A stretch of DNA of 62,163 bases from Octopus sinensis (GCF_006345805.1 NW_021832138.1:1-62163); one strand, 5' to 3'; positions 1 through 13,644 are shown, numbered from the stretch's first letter. Notes: generated from the letters alone by a model not told the origin. Numbers and translations are program-made.

Positions 1-67
1 AATATTATATATATATATAATATATAATATATATATATATATATATGTAAGCATATATGTGTGTATG

Positions 68-98
<31 letters not shown>

Positions 99-152
99 GT
101 CTTTGTGTGTATATTATTGTATGCATATATGCATATATATATACTCTTTTTT

Positions 153-548
153 TTACTCTTTTACTTGTTTCAGTCATTTGATAGTGGCCATGCTCGCCTT
201 TAGTCGAGCAAATCGAGCCCAGGGCTTATTCTTTGTAAGCCTAGTACTCATTCTATCGGTCTCTTTTGCCGAACCGCTAAGTTACGGAGACGTAAACACA
301 TCAGCATCGGTTGTCAAGCGATGTTGGAAGGGGGGGGGGGGCAAACACAGACACACAAACGTATACACACACATATATATATATATACAGATATATAACG
401 GGCTTCTTTCAGTTTCCGTCTTCCAAATCTATTCACAAGGCTTTGGTCTGCCCGAGGCTAAAGTAGAAGACACTTGCCCAAGGTGTCACGCATTGGGACT
501 GAACCCGGAATCATGTGGTTCGTAAGCAAGCTACTTACCACACAGCCA
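153..548 (-). mobile_element. tRNA-headed SINE, family A (CORE-like ccttgggcaagt motif, internal microsatellite)
   Basis: Reverse strand reads tggctgtgtggtaagtagcttgcttacg...gggttcagtccc...ccttgggcaagtgtcttctac...gaaactgaaagaagcccg...gactgaaacaagtaaaagag. The same blocks recur at 24750, 45925/46904, 51985 and 57380. Confidence 0.85.
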
Positions 549-1286
549 ATATATATATATATATAAATGAGAATGAATGTTTTTATATATAATGAACGTG
601 AAATACAGGAAGGGACGAACACGGAACACAGACAAATCATTCGAAGCCTTCAATCTTCAGTCAGACACCGAATCATCATAGCAAATTTCGGCTGTTCAAT
701 TCTGACACACACACACATACAAGCAAACATACAGACATACATTCATACATATATATATATATATATATATACACGTACATGACAAAAATTTATTGACAAC
801 CCCTACAATCACCACAACTAACACCACCACCATCATCACTACGGCCACCGTCACTACCACATTTCAGCCCTAATCTCTGAGAATATTCAAATTTGTTCCT
901 TATCAAATATCAAAAATAAAAACAGTAAAAAGCAAATCACTCAAATGTCATACCTATACATCATGACCCACTTCAACTGTATATCCTACGTGGGTGTCTA
1001 CTGATGGTCGACTGTGTGGTTAGGTGTACTGAACACCTAACTATTATTTGAAGGATTTCGCCCTCTATCTTCAGAATTATTGTATTATTACAATTTTCAA
1101 AAGCAGGAGCAAAATAGTTGACGTCATAGAAATATAAAAACTTCGGGAACGCGAAATAATTAGTTTAATGCTTATCAGGCTAACAAGAGATGTGAGTTCG
1201 AGTTCCATAGCAGCTTGTTTTGAATTTTTTTTTCTACCTAAAGGTTTTGCAGCCCAATATTTACACGTAATATTTATGTATTTACG

Positions 1287-1481
1287 AGGCGGTGAGCTGG
1301 CAGAATCGTTAGAACGCTGGGCAAAATGCTTAGTGGCATTTGGTCCGTCTTTATGTTCTGAGTTCAAATTCCGCCGAGGTCGACTTTAACCTTTCATCTT
1401 TTCAGGGTCGATGAAAGAAGTTCCAGTTTAGCAGTCGACTTATTCCTTCCCCCGGACTTGGCCTTGTGCCAAAATTTGAAA
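1287..1481 (+). mobile_element. tRNA-headed SINE, family B
   Basis: ggcggtgagctggcagaatcgttag...gagttcaaattcc (box B-like)...gtcgactttaacctttcatc; more than 10 copies in the window. Confidence 0.85.
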
Positions 1482-2112
1482 TCGTTATCTATATATTTAT
1501 AGCTTTGTTTGCTTCGAGATTCACACACACAAAAAAAATGTGTGTTATGAGATAGCTCAAACAAATAACACTCAACTATTCCATGGGTCTACCCGTTTTT
1601 CCAGCTTGTAGGAGGGTGCCGAGCTAGTAGAAGAATCTATAATGCAGACAAAATGCTTATCGGTATGTATGTGAAGTTATACATACATACATAAAAACAC
1701 TTTGAAAATTAAAGAACTACTCAATACTTCTAAGTAGATCATATTTATTATACTTCGAAGCTGCTATTAACCTCCTTGAAAGTGTTTGTTACACACACAC
1801 ATAAAATAATCGAAATTCCTCCACCTTCGAAACGTAGAGTAGATGAAACCATGGCGACTGAAGAAGGGGTTTTTTCCTTGTGTTATTTGTCCTGTACTCT
1901 ATTGTTGTTGTTGTTTAAGAAAAATGTCCAGTTCCTTGGGTTTGTGTCTATGTTTCGTTTCTCATTGTGTTCGACGTTTTCTTTGGTGTCCTGTACTAAT
2001 ATAGCGTGTGTATATACATGTAGAGGTAGGTACGTACATATATGATATATATATGCATTGTTTATTATTAATATATTATATATAATAATATATTATATAT
2101 ATATATAATATA

Positions 2113-2147
<35 letters not shown>

Positions 2148-2803
2148 TAATACAGGATGTGTTTGTCCTGTCGTTATAATTCGAGATCCACCCAACCAAT
2201 TTTAATAAAATTTTACACATGCATTACATTGGGTCCATGGAGTGACTTGGGCTGAAAACAAAATTCTACTTCTTGCCTAATGCGGGCCGAGGGGCAGATA
2301 AACCTCACCTTTAAAGCATTTTCGCAGCTTTAAGGCTCGTAACTTGAAGACTACCCAGTCACTTTCCTCCAAATTTGCAACAAACATTAATCAGTCTCCT
2401 CGAATTGCTGTTGACTAAAAAAACTTTCCGACACCGATTATACCACCCCCACATCAAATGCAGATTAATGAGATTTGGCTGTACTGCAGTGGGTTTTATC
2501 TTTGTTTTTAGGCCATTTTCCGACGATAAAATATTGAATCTACTTATAAGTAGCGTATAATATTTCATGAAAACCTTTTTGTCCAATTTGGCAGAAAAAA
2601 TGAGAAGAACATTAAAATTTTAGTTGGCGCCCTTGTGATGCTTCATATTACCATCCCGTGCACCACCGGCTGTTTCAGAATTAATTATCAGTTTCAGTGG
2701 AATTGAGCAAATTTTTTTTAAAAAGTCAGAATTATTAAAACTCTCTATGGCAATCCTTCTCTGTGTTCTCTCCCCACTATATAATATTTTCTACTCTATA
2801 TAT

Positions 2804-3201
2804 AATCTTTTCTACTCTAGGCACAAAGCCCTAAATATTTGAGGAAGGGGACAGTCGATTAGATCGACCCCAGTACGCAACTGGTACTTAATTAACGACC
2901 CCGAAAGGATGAAAGGCAAAGTCGACCTCGGCGGAATTTGAACTCAGAACATAAAGACAGACGAAATACCTATTTCTTTACTACCCACAAGGGGCTAAAC
3001 ACAGAGAGGGCAAACAAGGACAGACAAACGGATTAAGTCGATTATATCGACCCCAGTGCGTAACTGGCACTTATTTAATCGACCCCGAAAGGATGAAAGG
3101 CAAAGTGGACCTCGGCGGAATTTGAACTCAGAACGTAACGGCAGACGAAATACTGCTAAGCATTTCGCCCGGCGTGCTAACAATTCTGCCAGCTCGCCGC
3201 C
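2804..3201 (-). mobile_element. SINE family B head-to-tail dimer (full unit plus 5'-truncated unit with an alternative tail)
   Basis: Two copies of gaccccgaaaggatgaaaggcaaagt..acctcggcggaatttgaactcagaac joined at gacgaaatacctatttctttac. Confidence 0.85.
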
Positions 3202-3221
3202 TTAGTATATATTTATAATAT

Positions 3222-3251
3222 AAGCGCCAGCGTGGCTGAGTGTGTGTGTGT

Positions 3252-3290
<39 letters not shown>

Positions 3291-3483
3291 TGCACCACCA
3301 CCATCGCTTGATTACCAGTGTTGGTGGGACCCAGTAACCTAGCAATTCAACAAAAAGAAAATGATAGGATAAGTACCAGGCTTAGAAAGAATAAGTACTG
3401 AATGGGGGCAATTTTTTTCGACGAGAAACCCTTTAAGGTGGTGCTCCAGCATGGCTGCGGCCAAATGACTGAAACAAGTAAGT
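3222..3483 (+). mobile_element. SINE family A, internally deleted copy
   Basis: Head fragment gcgtggctg, then a (GT)n run, then tail ataagtaccaggctt...ggtggtgctccagcatggctgcggccaaatgactgaaacaag. Confidence 0.7.
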
Positions 3484-3527
3484 GTAACATTTAGGATAAA
3501 AAACACACACAGACAAATTACGCATAC

Positions 3528-3611
<84 letters not shown>

Positions 3612-3866
3612 GAATATATATGTATATAATATAATATGCATAAATAAATAATAAATATATATGTGTGTGTGCATATATATAGTTATTTATGCATATATAT
3701 ATATATAAATATATACATATATGTCTATCTGTCAATATGTACAAATATACACCCACACATGCCGTTGCGTCGTAACCTTTCTACCTATTTTAGACAGTAA
3801 AATTGTTTTTTAATTATATGGCTGTTCGTCAGTCTATGTAAAAGTATATGCACGTAAGCACACACA

Positions 3867-3907
<41 letters not shown>

Positions 3908-4446
3908 TACAGACATACACACGTACACTCTTCCACGCATCTACCACATCTACTTATCTACCTCTCTGCCTGTTCATCTAAAGAAATATACTCACGATAT
4001 TACTCAGTATTAATTTCTCACACAGTTGCAAAATCTCCAAAGTATATCAGATAGAAGACACACTAGACTCCATGATGTTTACGTCTCTCTGAATTCTATA
4101 AATCAACGGAGAATCGAAACCACTTCCTACAAATGACTAACTCACCAATATTTTATACACGTCCAAACAGCCAACAATACCAAAAGGCTTATTAGCACAA
4201 TTAACTGACACACTTTTGTAAACGGGTCACAGTCGAAACCGGGCCGACAATTTAGATATTTATCACTTCCTTCCCACTCTCCCACCCAGTAGCACCATGT
4301 GATCTAACAGTGTTATCTATCATTGACGGTTCACCTCATAACACCAAGTTAATAAGTTGGAGTCTCAGGTTCGAAACGGTTCATTGCTTTCTCACATTTT
4401 CGTTCCAGCTGATATCAATTACCTTACTGCAGTAATACAAAAAAAG

Positions 4447-4703
4447 GGATCTTTTCGGTTTGAACGGCAGTTTTTAAAATAATTTCTAGGTAACTAAAAA
4501 ATTTTAAACTTCGTATACTGGTAGAATGTGTTTTATAAAACATCTTTTTCTCTTGGCTTTATTGAGAAAATTCTATAGTTTGTAAGATATTTGTTGTTTT
4601 TTTCTCTTCAATTTCTACAATTTCAACCAATCACTGACGTCTCTTGAGGTAAAAAAAAACATTATGTGCCGTATGAATATGTCCCTCGTTTAAGAAACAG
4701 ATT
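4447..4703. mobile_element. Truncated copy of the Merlin-like MITE seen intact at 61401-61847
   Basis: Starts with the identical 29-bp TIR ggatcttttcggtttgaacggcagttttt and aligns by eye up to aagaaacagatt, where a family B SINE begins. Confidence 0.85.
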
Positions 4704-4883
4704 TGGGGGAGGGAGCCAGCCGATTAGATCTACACCAGTAAGCACCAGGTACTTAATTTATCAAATCCGAAAGGACGAAAGGCAAAGTCACCCTCGGCGG
4801 AATTTGAACTCAGAACGTAAAGACAGATGAAATACTGCTAAGCATTTCACCCGGTGTGCTAACGTTTCTGCCAGCTCGCCGCC
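4704..4883 (-). mobile_element. SINE family B
   Basis: gaaaggcaaagtcaccctcggcggaatttgaactcagaacg...ctgccagctcgccgcc. Confidence 0.85.
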
Positions 4884-5316
4884 TTATGTGCACATAAAAA
4901 TCAGTGGACGAGCAGACATTTTATTTTACCGCTTTAATGTTGTATAATGCATGCAGTCTTACGCAATATATATGATAATGATGATGATGAGCAAACTGGT
5001 AATCGTTTGGAGGTAATCCCTTACTTTTTACTAATATGTGTGTGTGTAAAGGTAGTGTTTACGACGGGAACAACTTAAAATGTTAAAGTATTTCATCGCG
5101 TGAAACTTAACTATGAAAGGCTTTACACATAAATTAATTAATTAGTGTTAGTTTGAAATCTACTAATCACGATTAAGTATAGGCAAAATCTGAACTGAAA
5201 GAAATGCCGTTGGAAAGCCGATTAAAGCAGCGACTCCATCTAAGAATATCTGAAGAAGGAATTTTATTCCGAAATATCATATCAGACTACGGATGATTAA
5301 ATTACAACAGGTATAT

Positions 5317-5538
5317 ATTTCTTTACTACCCACAAAGGGCTAAACATAGAGGGGACAAACAGGGACAGACAAAGGGATTAAGTCGATTACATCGACCCAG
5401 TAGGAAACTGGTACTCTATTTATCGACCCCGAGAGGATGAAAGGCAAAGTCGACCTCGGCGGAATTTGAACTCAGAACGTAGCGACAGACGAAATATCGC
5501 TAAGCATTTCGCCCGGCGCGCTAACGTTTCTGCCGCCC
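5317..5538 (-). mobile_element. SINE family B (long-tail variant)
   Basis: ttctttactacccacaaagggctaaac...gtcgacctcggcggaatttgaactcagaacg...gcccggcgcgctaacg. Confidence 0.85.
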
Positions 5539-6399
5539 GTTGTTTGTATCATATAGCATTGTTGTACCGTTCAAAACTTTTTATTCTTTATAAAATTAAA
5601 TATTTAAATTTCATTTAAATATCACCATATAAAATGGGCTATTGGCCAGTATTATTACAGAAATTACTAAATACTCATTATAAAATTTATGAAAAAATGC
5701 TTCATATACATTTAATTTTGTCCTTTGCCTTAATATTATGCCGAGACATTCATATCTGCTGTTATATTTATTCTAATTTATGCATTTATTACAATTTAAG
5801 TTAAGGAGACAATGGCTCTGAGCGATAAGTACGACTGGTGGAGTTCGTTTTCTTCAATGAATTTTGTAAGAGAAATATTTTAATATTTTTGCAGTCTGTT
5901 TTGTAATCATCGCTTCTAGAGCAGCTGTCGGATATTGCTTATACACTGAACTAAGCAAGTGGTTCGATTGGTTGAATTACGAGACTCAATGTTATTACCC
6001 GATTGCAGCCATTAGAACACGTGTACAAGCGCTGTATAGCCGGAAGGAAGTCTCGACGGGGAAAAAAAAAAAAAAAAAAAACTTATACAAAGACAATATA
6101 TGACAGACAGAAAGTCATGAGCAAATGGTTAAATGTAGAGGATATAATCGACTCCAGCACTTGGCTGTAACTTTCGTTTATAAGATTCCGGATGAAAGGA
6201 AGGAAGGAAGGAAGAAAAGAAGGAAGGAATGCGTAGCCGATCAACCTTGGTGTGATTTCAGCTCAAAACACAAAGGGACATAATTGAATACTGCACAGAA
6301 ATTAATTTGTTAATCTACCGCGTATACCATTTATCATCCTCAATATTCACAGCCATGAGAAAAAAAAGCAGTGATAGCAACAGTAACGTTTACGAAGGT

Positions 6400-6765
6400 G
6401 ACAACTGTGATCAGGATGAGGGTGATGACGATGAAGATGATTATGATGGTGATGATGATCTCGACTACGACGACGACGATGATGATGACGATGAAGATGA
6501 TTATGATGGTGATGATGATCTCGACTACGACGACGACGATGATGATGATGATGAAGTCGAGGACGATGACAACGACGATAATGAGGATAAAGATGATGAT
6601 GGTCTATGGTGGTGGTGGCGATGATGACAACGATGATCATGATCATGACGATGATGATTATGTCGACTGTAGTGGTAGTGGTTATTGTGGTGAGGTTCAT
6701 GATGATGATGATGATGATGGGGTGATGGTGGTGGTGGTGGTGGTGGTGGTGGTGGTATGATGACG
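6400..6765. repeat. (GAT/GAC/GGT)n low-complexity tract with an exact 60-bp tandem duplication
   Basis: 6423-6482 is repeated at 6483-6542. Confidence 0.9.
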
Positions 6766-7023
6766 GTGATAAAAGAAATTAAGTCCCTTGGTACATCTGC
6801 AATTCCTGTGATTTCAAAGACATATCAATTTCGTTATCACACTGTCTAATATCACTTCGCTGGATATCATTTTATATCTGTTTTATTATTTTGGGCTTTT
6901 TTTTTCTTTTACGTTATCCAATTTTATCACATTAGATCACAATGTATTTCATTACACCTACGTTTTATATATTTCATTATATTGTTTGTGAGTGTCTGTT
7001 TAAGTGTATGCATACATACACAA

Positions 7024-7062
<39 letters not shown>

Positions 7063-7084
7063 TATATTGATACATATGTGCGTG

Positions 7085-7167
<83 letters not shown>

Positions 7168-7431
7168 ATATATATATAGTGCGTATATATAAATATATAT
7201 GCACATATATAATATACATATATACGTAGTGTGTATTCATGTATTTACTGTACCAACGTATATATGGAGTAATTATTATATATATATATACTTATAAATA
7301 TATATATATAGATATGTATACTTATATATATATTTTATGCTTGTATACATATCAATATATCTGAACATACATACATACATGCGTACATATATACACACAT
7401 TCATTCATACATACAAATGTACGTGCATACG

Positions 7432-7462
<31 letters not shown>

Positions 7463-7616
7463 CTGCTCACGTCTTGAAAAACCTATCTCCAAGTTTTAAT
7501 TCCTTGAAGTCTCGGCGAGATTCCATCACTGATTGTTAAAGCTGCTTAATTAATATCATTGGTATTAGATGGCTGGATTAAACACTTTCGACAACAACAA
7601 CAACAACAACAACAAC

Positions 7617-7650
<34 letters not shown>

Positions 7651-7949
7651 ACTACAAAAACAACAACAGCAGCAACAATTGTGACGTCAGCATTAACAAC
7701 TAGAACAATAAAACAATGGCGTTGATATTCACAACGACGGTGACAACAATAACAACAACAGCACCAGCAACAACGGCCATATCTACAGAAACGGCAGCAA
7801 CATCAAAACCAGCAGCAGCACCAGCAGCAACAGTCATGAAAACAATATGAACGAACATATGGACAACAATACTCGTGATGTCAGTAACAAGAACAACCGC
7901 TGCAAGAAACGTACGCATGTGTATGTGTTTGTGTGTGTGTGTGTGTGTG

Positions 7950-8492
7950 TGAGTGTGTGAGTGTGAATGTATGTGTGTGTGTGAGTGTGAATGTATGTGT
8001 GTGTGAGTGTGAATGTATGTGTGTGTGTGAGTGTGAAGTATGGTGTGTGAGTGTGAATGTATGTGTGTTGTGTGAGTGTGAATGTATGTGTGTGTTTTGA
8101 GTGTGAATGTTGTGTGTGTGAGTGTGTGTGAATGTATGTGGTGTGAGTGTGAATGTATGTGTGTGTGTGAGTGTGAAGTATGTGTGTGTGAGTGTGAATG
8201 TATGTGTGTGTGTGAGTGTGAATGTATGTGGTTGTGGTGAGTGTGAATGTATGTGTGTGTGAGTCTGTGAATGTATGTGTGTGTGTGAGTGTGAATGTAT
8301 GTGTGTGTGAGTGTGAATGTATGTGTGTGTGTGAGTGTGAATGTATGTGTGTGTGTGAGTGTGAATGTATGTGTGTGTGAGTGTGAATGTATGTGTGTGT
8401 GTGAGTGTGAATGTATGTGTGTGTGTGAGTGTGAATGTATGTGTGTGTGAGTGTGAATGTATGTGTGTGTGAGTGTGAATGTATGTGTGTGT
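7950..8492. repeat. Minisatellite, 18-20-bp unit (gt)gtgtgagtgtgaatgtatgt
   Basis: The unit is tandemly repeated about 25 times with variable GT number. Confidence 0.95.
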
Positions 8493-8561
8493 GTGTATAT
8501 ATATACACACACATACGTAAATATATAATCTATATGTATATATGTACGTATGTATATATAT

Positions 8562-8596
<35 letters not shown>

Positions 8597-8844
8597 CATA
8601 CTTAAATGTTTATGTACATATGCGTGTGTGTATTTATCTATCTATCTATCTATCTATCTATCTCTATCTATCTATCTATCTCTATATATGTAATATATAT
8701 TATCATATGTATGTGTGTGTATATATGTATGTATATGCGTGCATATATATATGCATGTATGTATGTATGTGTGTGTATGTGTATGTGTGCGTGCAGTGTG
8801 TGTATTATGTGTATTATATATATATATATATAATTATATGTATA

Positions 8845-8903
<59 letters not shown>

Positions 8904-8958
8904 TATACTTTTTAAATCCTTCAAGTCTCAGCAAGATCCATCACCTACATGAAGTCGT

Positions 8959-8961
<3 letters not shown>

Positions 8962-8991
<30 letters not shown>

Positions 8992-9020
8992 TACTACTAC
9001 TACTACTACTACTACTACTA

Positions 9021-9084
<64 letters not shown>

Positions 9085-9324
9085 GTAACCAAAACAGCGA
9101 ACACTTGCCCAAAAGAAGCGGGTTTTGAATTTGTGGTGACAGAAACGGTGGTGGTAGTATTAGTGATGGTGGTGGTGGTTTTGGTAGTATTAGTGGTGGC
9201 GGTAGTCGTGGCGATAGTAGTGGTAGTGGCAGTGATGACGGTCGCAGTACTACTAATGGTATTGGCGGTAGTTGAAGTAGTGTTGGTGGTAGTAGTTGTA
9301 GTAGTAGTTGTTGTTGTAGTAGTT

Positions 9325-9364
<40 letters not shown>

Positions 9365-9560
9365 CTGTGTCAGTAGCGGTTGTGAAGGTGGTAGGGACAG
9401 TAGGAGATCTAATAGTATATACAGTAGTAGTGGTGGTGGTTGGAGTGGTAGTAGATAATGACGGTGGTGGTTGTAGTGTTAGTAGTGGTGATGGTAGGAG
9501 TAGTGATTGTGGTGTTGGTAGTAGTTGCAGTAGTGGTTATGTTATTATTACTACAACCTT
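8962..9560. repeat. (CTA)n and (GTA/GTG)n microsatellite tracts in opposite orientation
   Basis: (CTA)n at 8962-9083; (GTA)n-rich at 9290-9365. Confidence 0.9.
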
Positions 9561-9850
9561 GTTCTTATTAACCAAAGATTATCCCCTCATTGCGAGGCAA
9601 GTAACGGACTGCATGTGTATATGTCTGTAAGTGTTGATGTATTTATGTGTATGTGTGCACGTATGTATGTGGGTATATGCATGCATGTATGTGTGAGAGT
9701 ATGAGCGCATGTGTGTGTATGCGCGTGGGTGTGTGTGTGAGTGTAAATGTGTATATGTATATGGGTGTATGCACGTATATGTATATCTGATTGTATGTGT
9801 GTTTGTATCAATTTGTGTGTGTTCTAGTGATGTTTTTGTAGTTGCTAATG

Positions 9851-9881
<31 letters not shown>

Positions 9882-10514
9882 TAGTAACAGTGGTAACACT
9901 AGTAGTAGTTGTAGTAGTGGCAGTAGCATGTGAATTGTCTAAATCGCCAGCATCATAAATCCAATTAAAATGACGATTTTAAACTCGGTGTGCGTGTGTG
10001 TGAGCGTATGTGTGAGTGTATATGTGTGAGAGTGTGTGTTAGCGTGAGAGTGTATTTATACGTGTGTGTAAGTGTGTGTGTGTTGTGTCTGTTTCTGTGT
10101 TTCAATCTATCTTCTTTCTCCGTTTCTCTACTTCCCTATCTACGTGTCTACCTGTCTGTCATTCAGCAGTACCTTTAGCGTTTAAAAATGGCACAATAAA
10201 ATGGTAATCCTGTTCAGTCGTGCAGGTGTATACCAAGTTCAAATTACCTAGTTCAACTGTTTGATATGGTCCGTGTATGAACAGTAGGACAGTAGACCAG
10301 CTATACTGAAATCCCTGAGCCATGGAAGTCAGTAGATGAACTGATGCTAAGCGGCTTTAATGCAGTGGGAGAGGTGGGTGGAACGCCCTAGTGAAGAAGT
10401 GAAAAGAGTGAAGAATGGATATGGAGAGTGGTGTTATGGGACGTATATTATGAAGCGCAACTTACGTTGGTATATATTAGCGATCAAGGGACTTTTAAAT
10501 CCCCCCCTTTATAT

Positions 10515-11250
10515 AGTGGATAATGACGAACAAAAATCCACCGTCGAATCAGATCCGTCTCAAAGTTCCTGTGAATTATCGTTGTTGTTTGGTGTTAGGA
10601 AACAAACAATATTGACTCACCTAGTTCAAATTGTTAAAGTGAAAAAGTTGGATAAGTGAGTTCCACATGAACTCAAGGAAAATCTGAAACAGCAACGTTT
10701 GGAAGCCTGCATTATGCTACTTTCTCATCACAAAAATTAATCATTACGTGATGAGAAATGGATCCAATACAACAACCGTAAACATTCAGCACAATGGTTG
10801 GACAAAGACAAACCACCAAAACACAATCCCAAAAGTAAAATCCATCAAAAGAAACTGATGGTGTATGTTTGGTGGTCTGGCGCAGGTATGATACATTATG
10901 ATTTCATTAAACCTGGCTCATCAATCACGGCCGAAGTATACTGCAGCCAACTGGACCAAATGATGCATAAACTTTCAAAAATCAGCTTAGATTAGTCAAC
11001 AGATCCGTTTCTATTTTATTGCAAGACAATGCCAGACCACATATCACAAAAATGACATTGGCAAAACTACAGGTGTTGGAGTTGGAAGTTCTCCATCATC
11101 CACCATACTCACCTGATCTTGCCCCCACTGACTACCACTTCTTCCAGAATTTGGATAACATTTTGATAGGAAAAAAATTAATGCCGACGATGCTGTGAAA
11201 TGGGGTTTCCAAGATTTTATTGACTCGAGATTGCCAGGCTTTTACAGTTC
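10515..11250 (+). pseudogene. Mariner transposase remnant (DD34D)
   Basis: Piecing frames together gives VDNDE..VESDPSQ, KKLDK*VPHEL, DEKWIQYNN, QKKLMVYVWW, LQDNARPH and HPPYSPDLAPTDYHFFQNLDN. There are 34 residues between the second and third catalytic Asp. Stops and frameshifts are present. Confidence 0.95.
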
Positions 11251-11445
11251 CGATTCCCAGACCGGGCGTTGTGAGTGTTTATTGAGCGAAAACACCTAAA
11301 GCTCCACGAGGCTCCGGCAGGTGGTGGGTGGCGATTCCTGCTGTACTCTTTCGCCACAACTTTCCTGCTCGCTTAGCCAGCGGGGTGGCATCACTTGAAG
11401 GCTAAAACAATGCAAAGCGCATTGTGACCAGCAATGTGTAGCAAA
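11251..11445 (+). mobile_element. SINE family C fragment abutting the mariner remnant
   Basis: gattcccagaccgggcg...gagcgaaaacacctaaagctccacg...ctctttcgccacaactttc matches the copy at 53772. Confidence 0.75.
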
Positions 11446-11594
11446 TCCCAGTCAACAAGAATGTTATTATATATACTTGTATGTTCGTAAGTATATGCAC
11501 TTACAAGCACACACATACGTATGTATGTGTGTATGTGTGTGATTGTATTATGTGCCATTGTATACGCACACGCATAGCTTGGTCGGTAACGGTG

Positions 11595-11641
<47 letters not shown>

Positions 11642-11644
11642 ATA

Positions 11645-12020
11645 TCTATATAAACGGCGTTTGTCTGTGCGTTTTCTGTGTGTCTGTTTTCTCGTACCCT
11701 CACCCTGACCACGGCTTTCAAACAGATTCTGAGAAACTTGACACACACATAGCCCAATGTCATTTCAAAACTAACGCAGCGAAAATTTTGAAAAGTTCCC
11801 CCAGTTCTGAAAAGAATCGATAAATTCGACATGGGGTCGAGAATCAAAAAAAACAAACCACAGACTGTCTAGGGGACGCAACTCAACCTTTTTTACTCTC
11901 AAAAAAAAATTTACCATCATTTTTTTTCCATTTTTTTGCTATTTTTTGGCTATAACTCTCTAAAAATGCTTTGTAGTTATTTCCCTTACAAACCTGAGCA
12001 ACGCCGGGCGATACTGCTAG
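11645..12020 (+). mobile_element. Non-autonomous Helitron
   Basis: 5' TC start, 3' CTAG end, inserted between A and T with no TSD. Subterminal hairpin region cctgagcaacgccggg. The 3' ~130 bp is shared with 50669-51064. Confidence 0.85.
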
Positions 12021-12052
<32 letters not shown>

Positions 12053-12375
12053 AACAAGCTGAAGAAAATATATCCTTCAAAGCGGTATGTTAAACATCTA
12101 ATTCACTGGTACGTCAGTTGAATACCATATAAATATGGTATAATGCAATTATAAAGATAAATTAAATAGGGAGATACTATTGACAAGCCAATAATTCATT
12201 TATATTATAATATTACATGATATACTATGCATTTAATATAGCATAAACAATTATTTAAAAAACCCTAAAAGGCCAAATAATTGTTTCGATTTACATACAT
12301 TTTCTGATATACATACACAGTAACAGTTCCTTTATATATAATCACTTCAAGGTCATGGTTTTATGATAGACGAAA

Positions 12376-12512
12376 TTTGCCTTTGTTCCATTCAGGGTCG
12401 ATTAAATAAACACTAGTTACGCACGGGGATCGATATAATCGACTTAATCCGTTTGTCTGTCCTTGTTTGTCCCCTCTGTGTTTAGCCCCTTGTAGGTAGT
12501 AAAGAAATAAGA
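12376..12512 (+). mobile_element. SINE family B, 3' part
   Basis: tttgcctttg..cagggtcgat...gtcgacttaatccgtttgtctgtccttgtttgtcccctctgtgtttagcccc-type tail ending gtagtaaagaaata. Confidence 0.8.
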
Positions 12513-12629
12513 AGAAACAGGGGATTGTCATCCCTACTCGTGATTGACTCTGTTATTGCATGCATCCCTGAATTCAATCAGGGTGCGAAGATTTCCGTCC
12601 AGGAATAAGGATGTTCCCCGAGTTGAGGG

Positions 12630-12880
12630 AGTCCTTTAACATCCTCGTCCATTCGGTTACGCACAGTTCACAACGCTTGGTCCCACTTATGTAGGGGTCT
12701 GGATTTTCTAGGATCTGCCATAATATTACATGGGGAGTTCTGTCATCCTTCAGCTACCAAACATGACTGGTTAAGAGCGTAGCGTGTCTCCTTTCCAATA
12801 TGTGATTGGGGAGGCGCTGCTTCAACGAGTTGCCGGAACATCCGATATATCTCCGAGTGTGGGTGTTGGCGATGTTGAGG
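12630..12880 (-). pseudogene. Penelope-like element GIY-YIG endonuclease remnant
   Basis: Reverse translation: TRRYIGCSGNSLKQRLPNH...TSHVW*LKDD..HVILWQILENPDPYISGTKRCELCVTE. It has the YIG motif, conserved R and H, and the C-x2-C-x2-E tail. Confidence 0.8.
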
Positions 12881-13521
12881 TTGACGCTTTTGCTACTGCT
12901 GTTGTTGGTACTGGAGTCGCTGGTGTTGGTGTTAGTGCTGGCGTTGGTGCCATTAATCTGGCGTAGGAGACATCATCGGTGGTGTCGCTGCTATATATAC
13001 ACATATGTGTGTGTTTGTATGTGTGTGCGTATACAATGGTACATACATACAATCGCACACATACGCACATACATACGTATGTGTGTGCTTATAAGTGCAC
13101 ATACTTTCGAACATACATGTATATATAATAACATTCTTGTTGACTGGGAGGTTATGTTTCGCCTGACGGCTTATTCAACTGGGGAAGTCAGATAATATTT
13201 CTTCACTGGTTTGATAAACCATGAAACAAATCAAGTCCTATCCAAGAAGAATTTTATATTATATCACAGTTTAATTCTACTGTCCGTATCTTGCTTCCCA
13301 TTAGTAATGGTTCATTGATAGTCTTATTTGTAAAATAAGCATCTCTTTTTAAACATACGAACACAAACACAAATATACTCATGAACGCAGACACACACGC
13401 ACACACATACATACACTCACACACACACGCACATATACCTACAAATATATAACGTGATACATATCTTGTTGGCTATCTAGATAAACAGATGGATTGATAG
13501 GCAGTTACAGAAGCAAATTGA

Positions 13522-13524
<3 letters not shown>

Positions 13525-13611
<87 letters not shown>

Positions 13612-13613
13612 TG

Positions 13614-13644
<31 letters not shown>

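Noticed and set aside
1605-1668. Apparent exon ttttccag|CTT...ATCG|gtatgt encoding LVGGCRASRRIYNADKMLI
   Set aside because: The sequence is a degenerate family B SINE head (gccgagct...aaaatgctta.cggtat).
1760-1885. Possible hammerhead (cttcgaaacgtagag and ctgaagaagggg...cctt)
   Set aside because: The core halves are out of order or lack GAAA; too degenerate to call, though probably a Penelope pLTR relic.
2150-2600. Helitron/HINE-like or transposon-like interior (ccaattttaataaaattttacac, ccaaatttgcaacaaac)
   Set aside because: No termini, TSD or coding motif could be fixed.
5895-6060. Open frame after tttttgcag, plus CCAAT and ETS-like (ccggaag) motifs
   Set aside because: No recognisable protein, no donor site, and short motifs are expected by chance.
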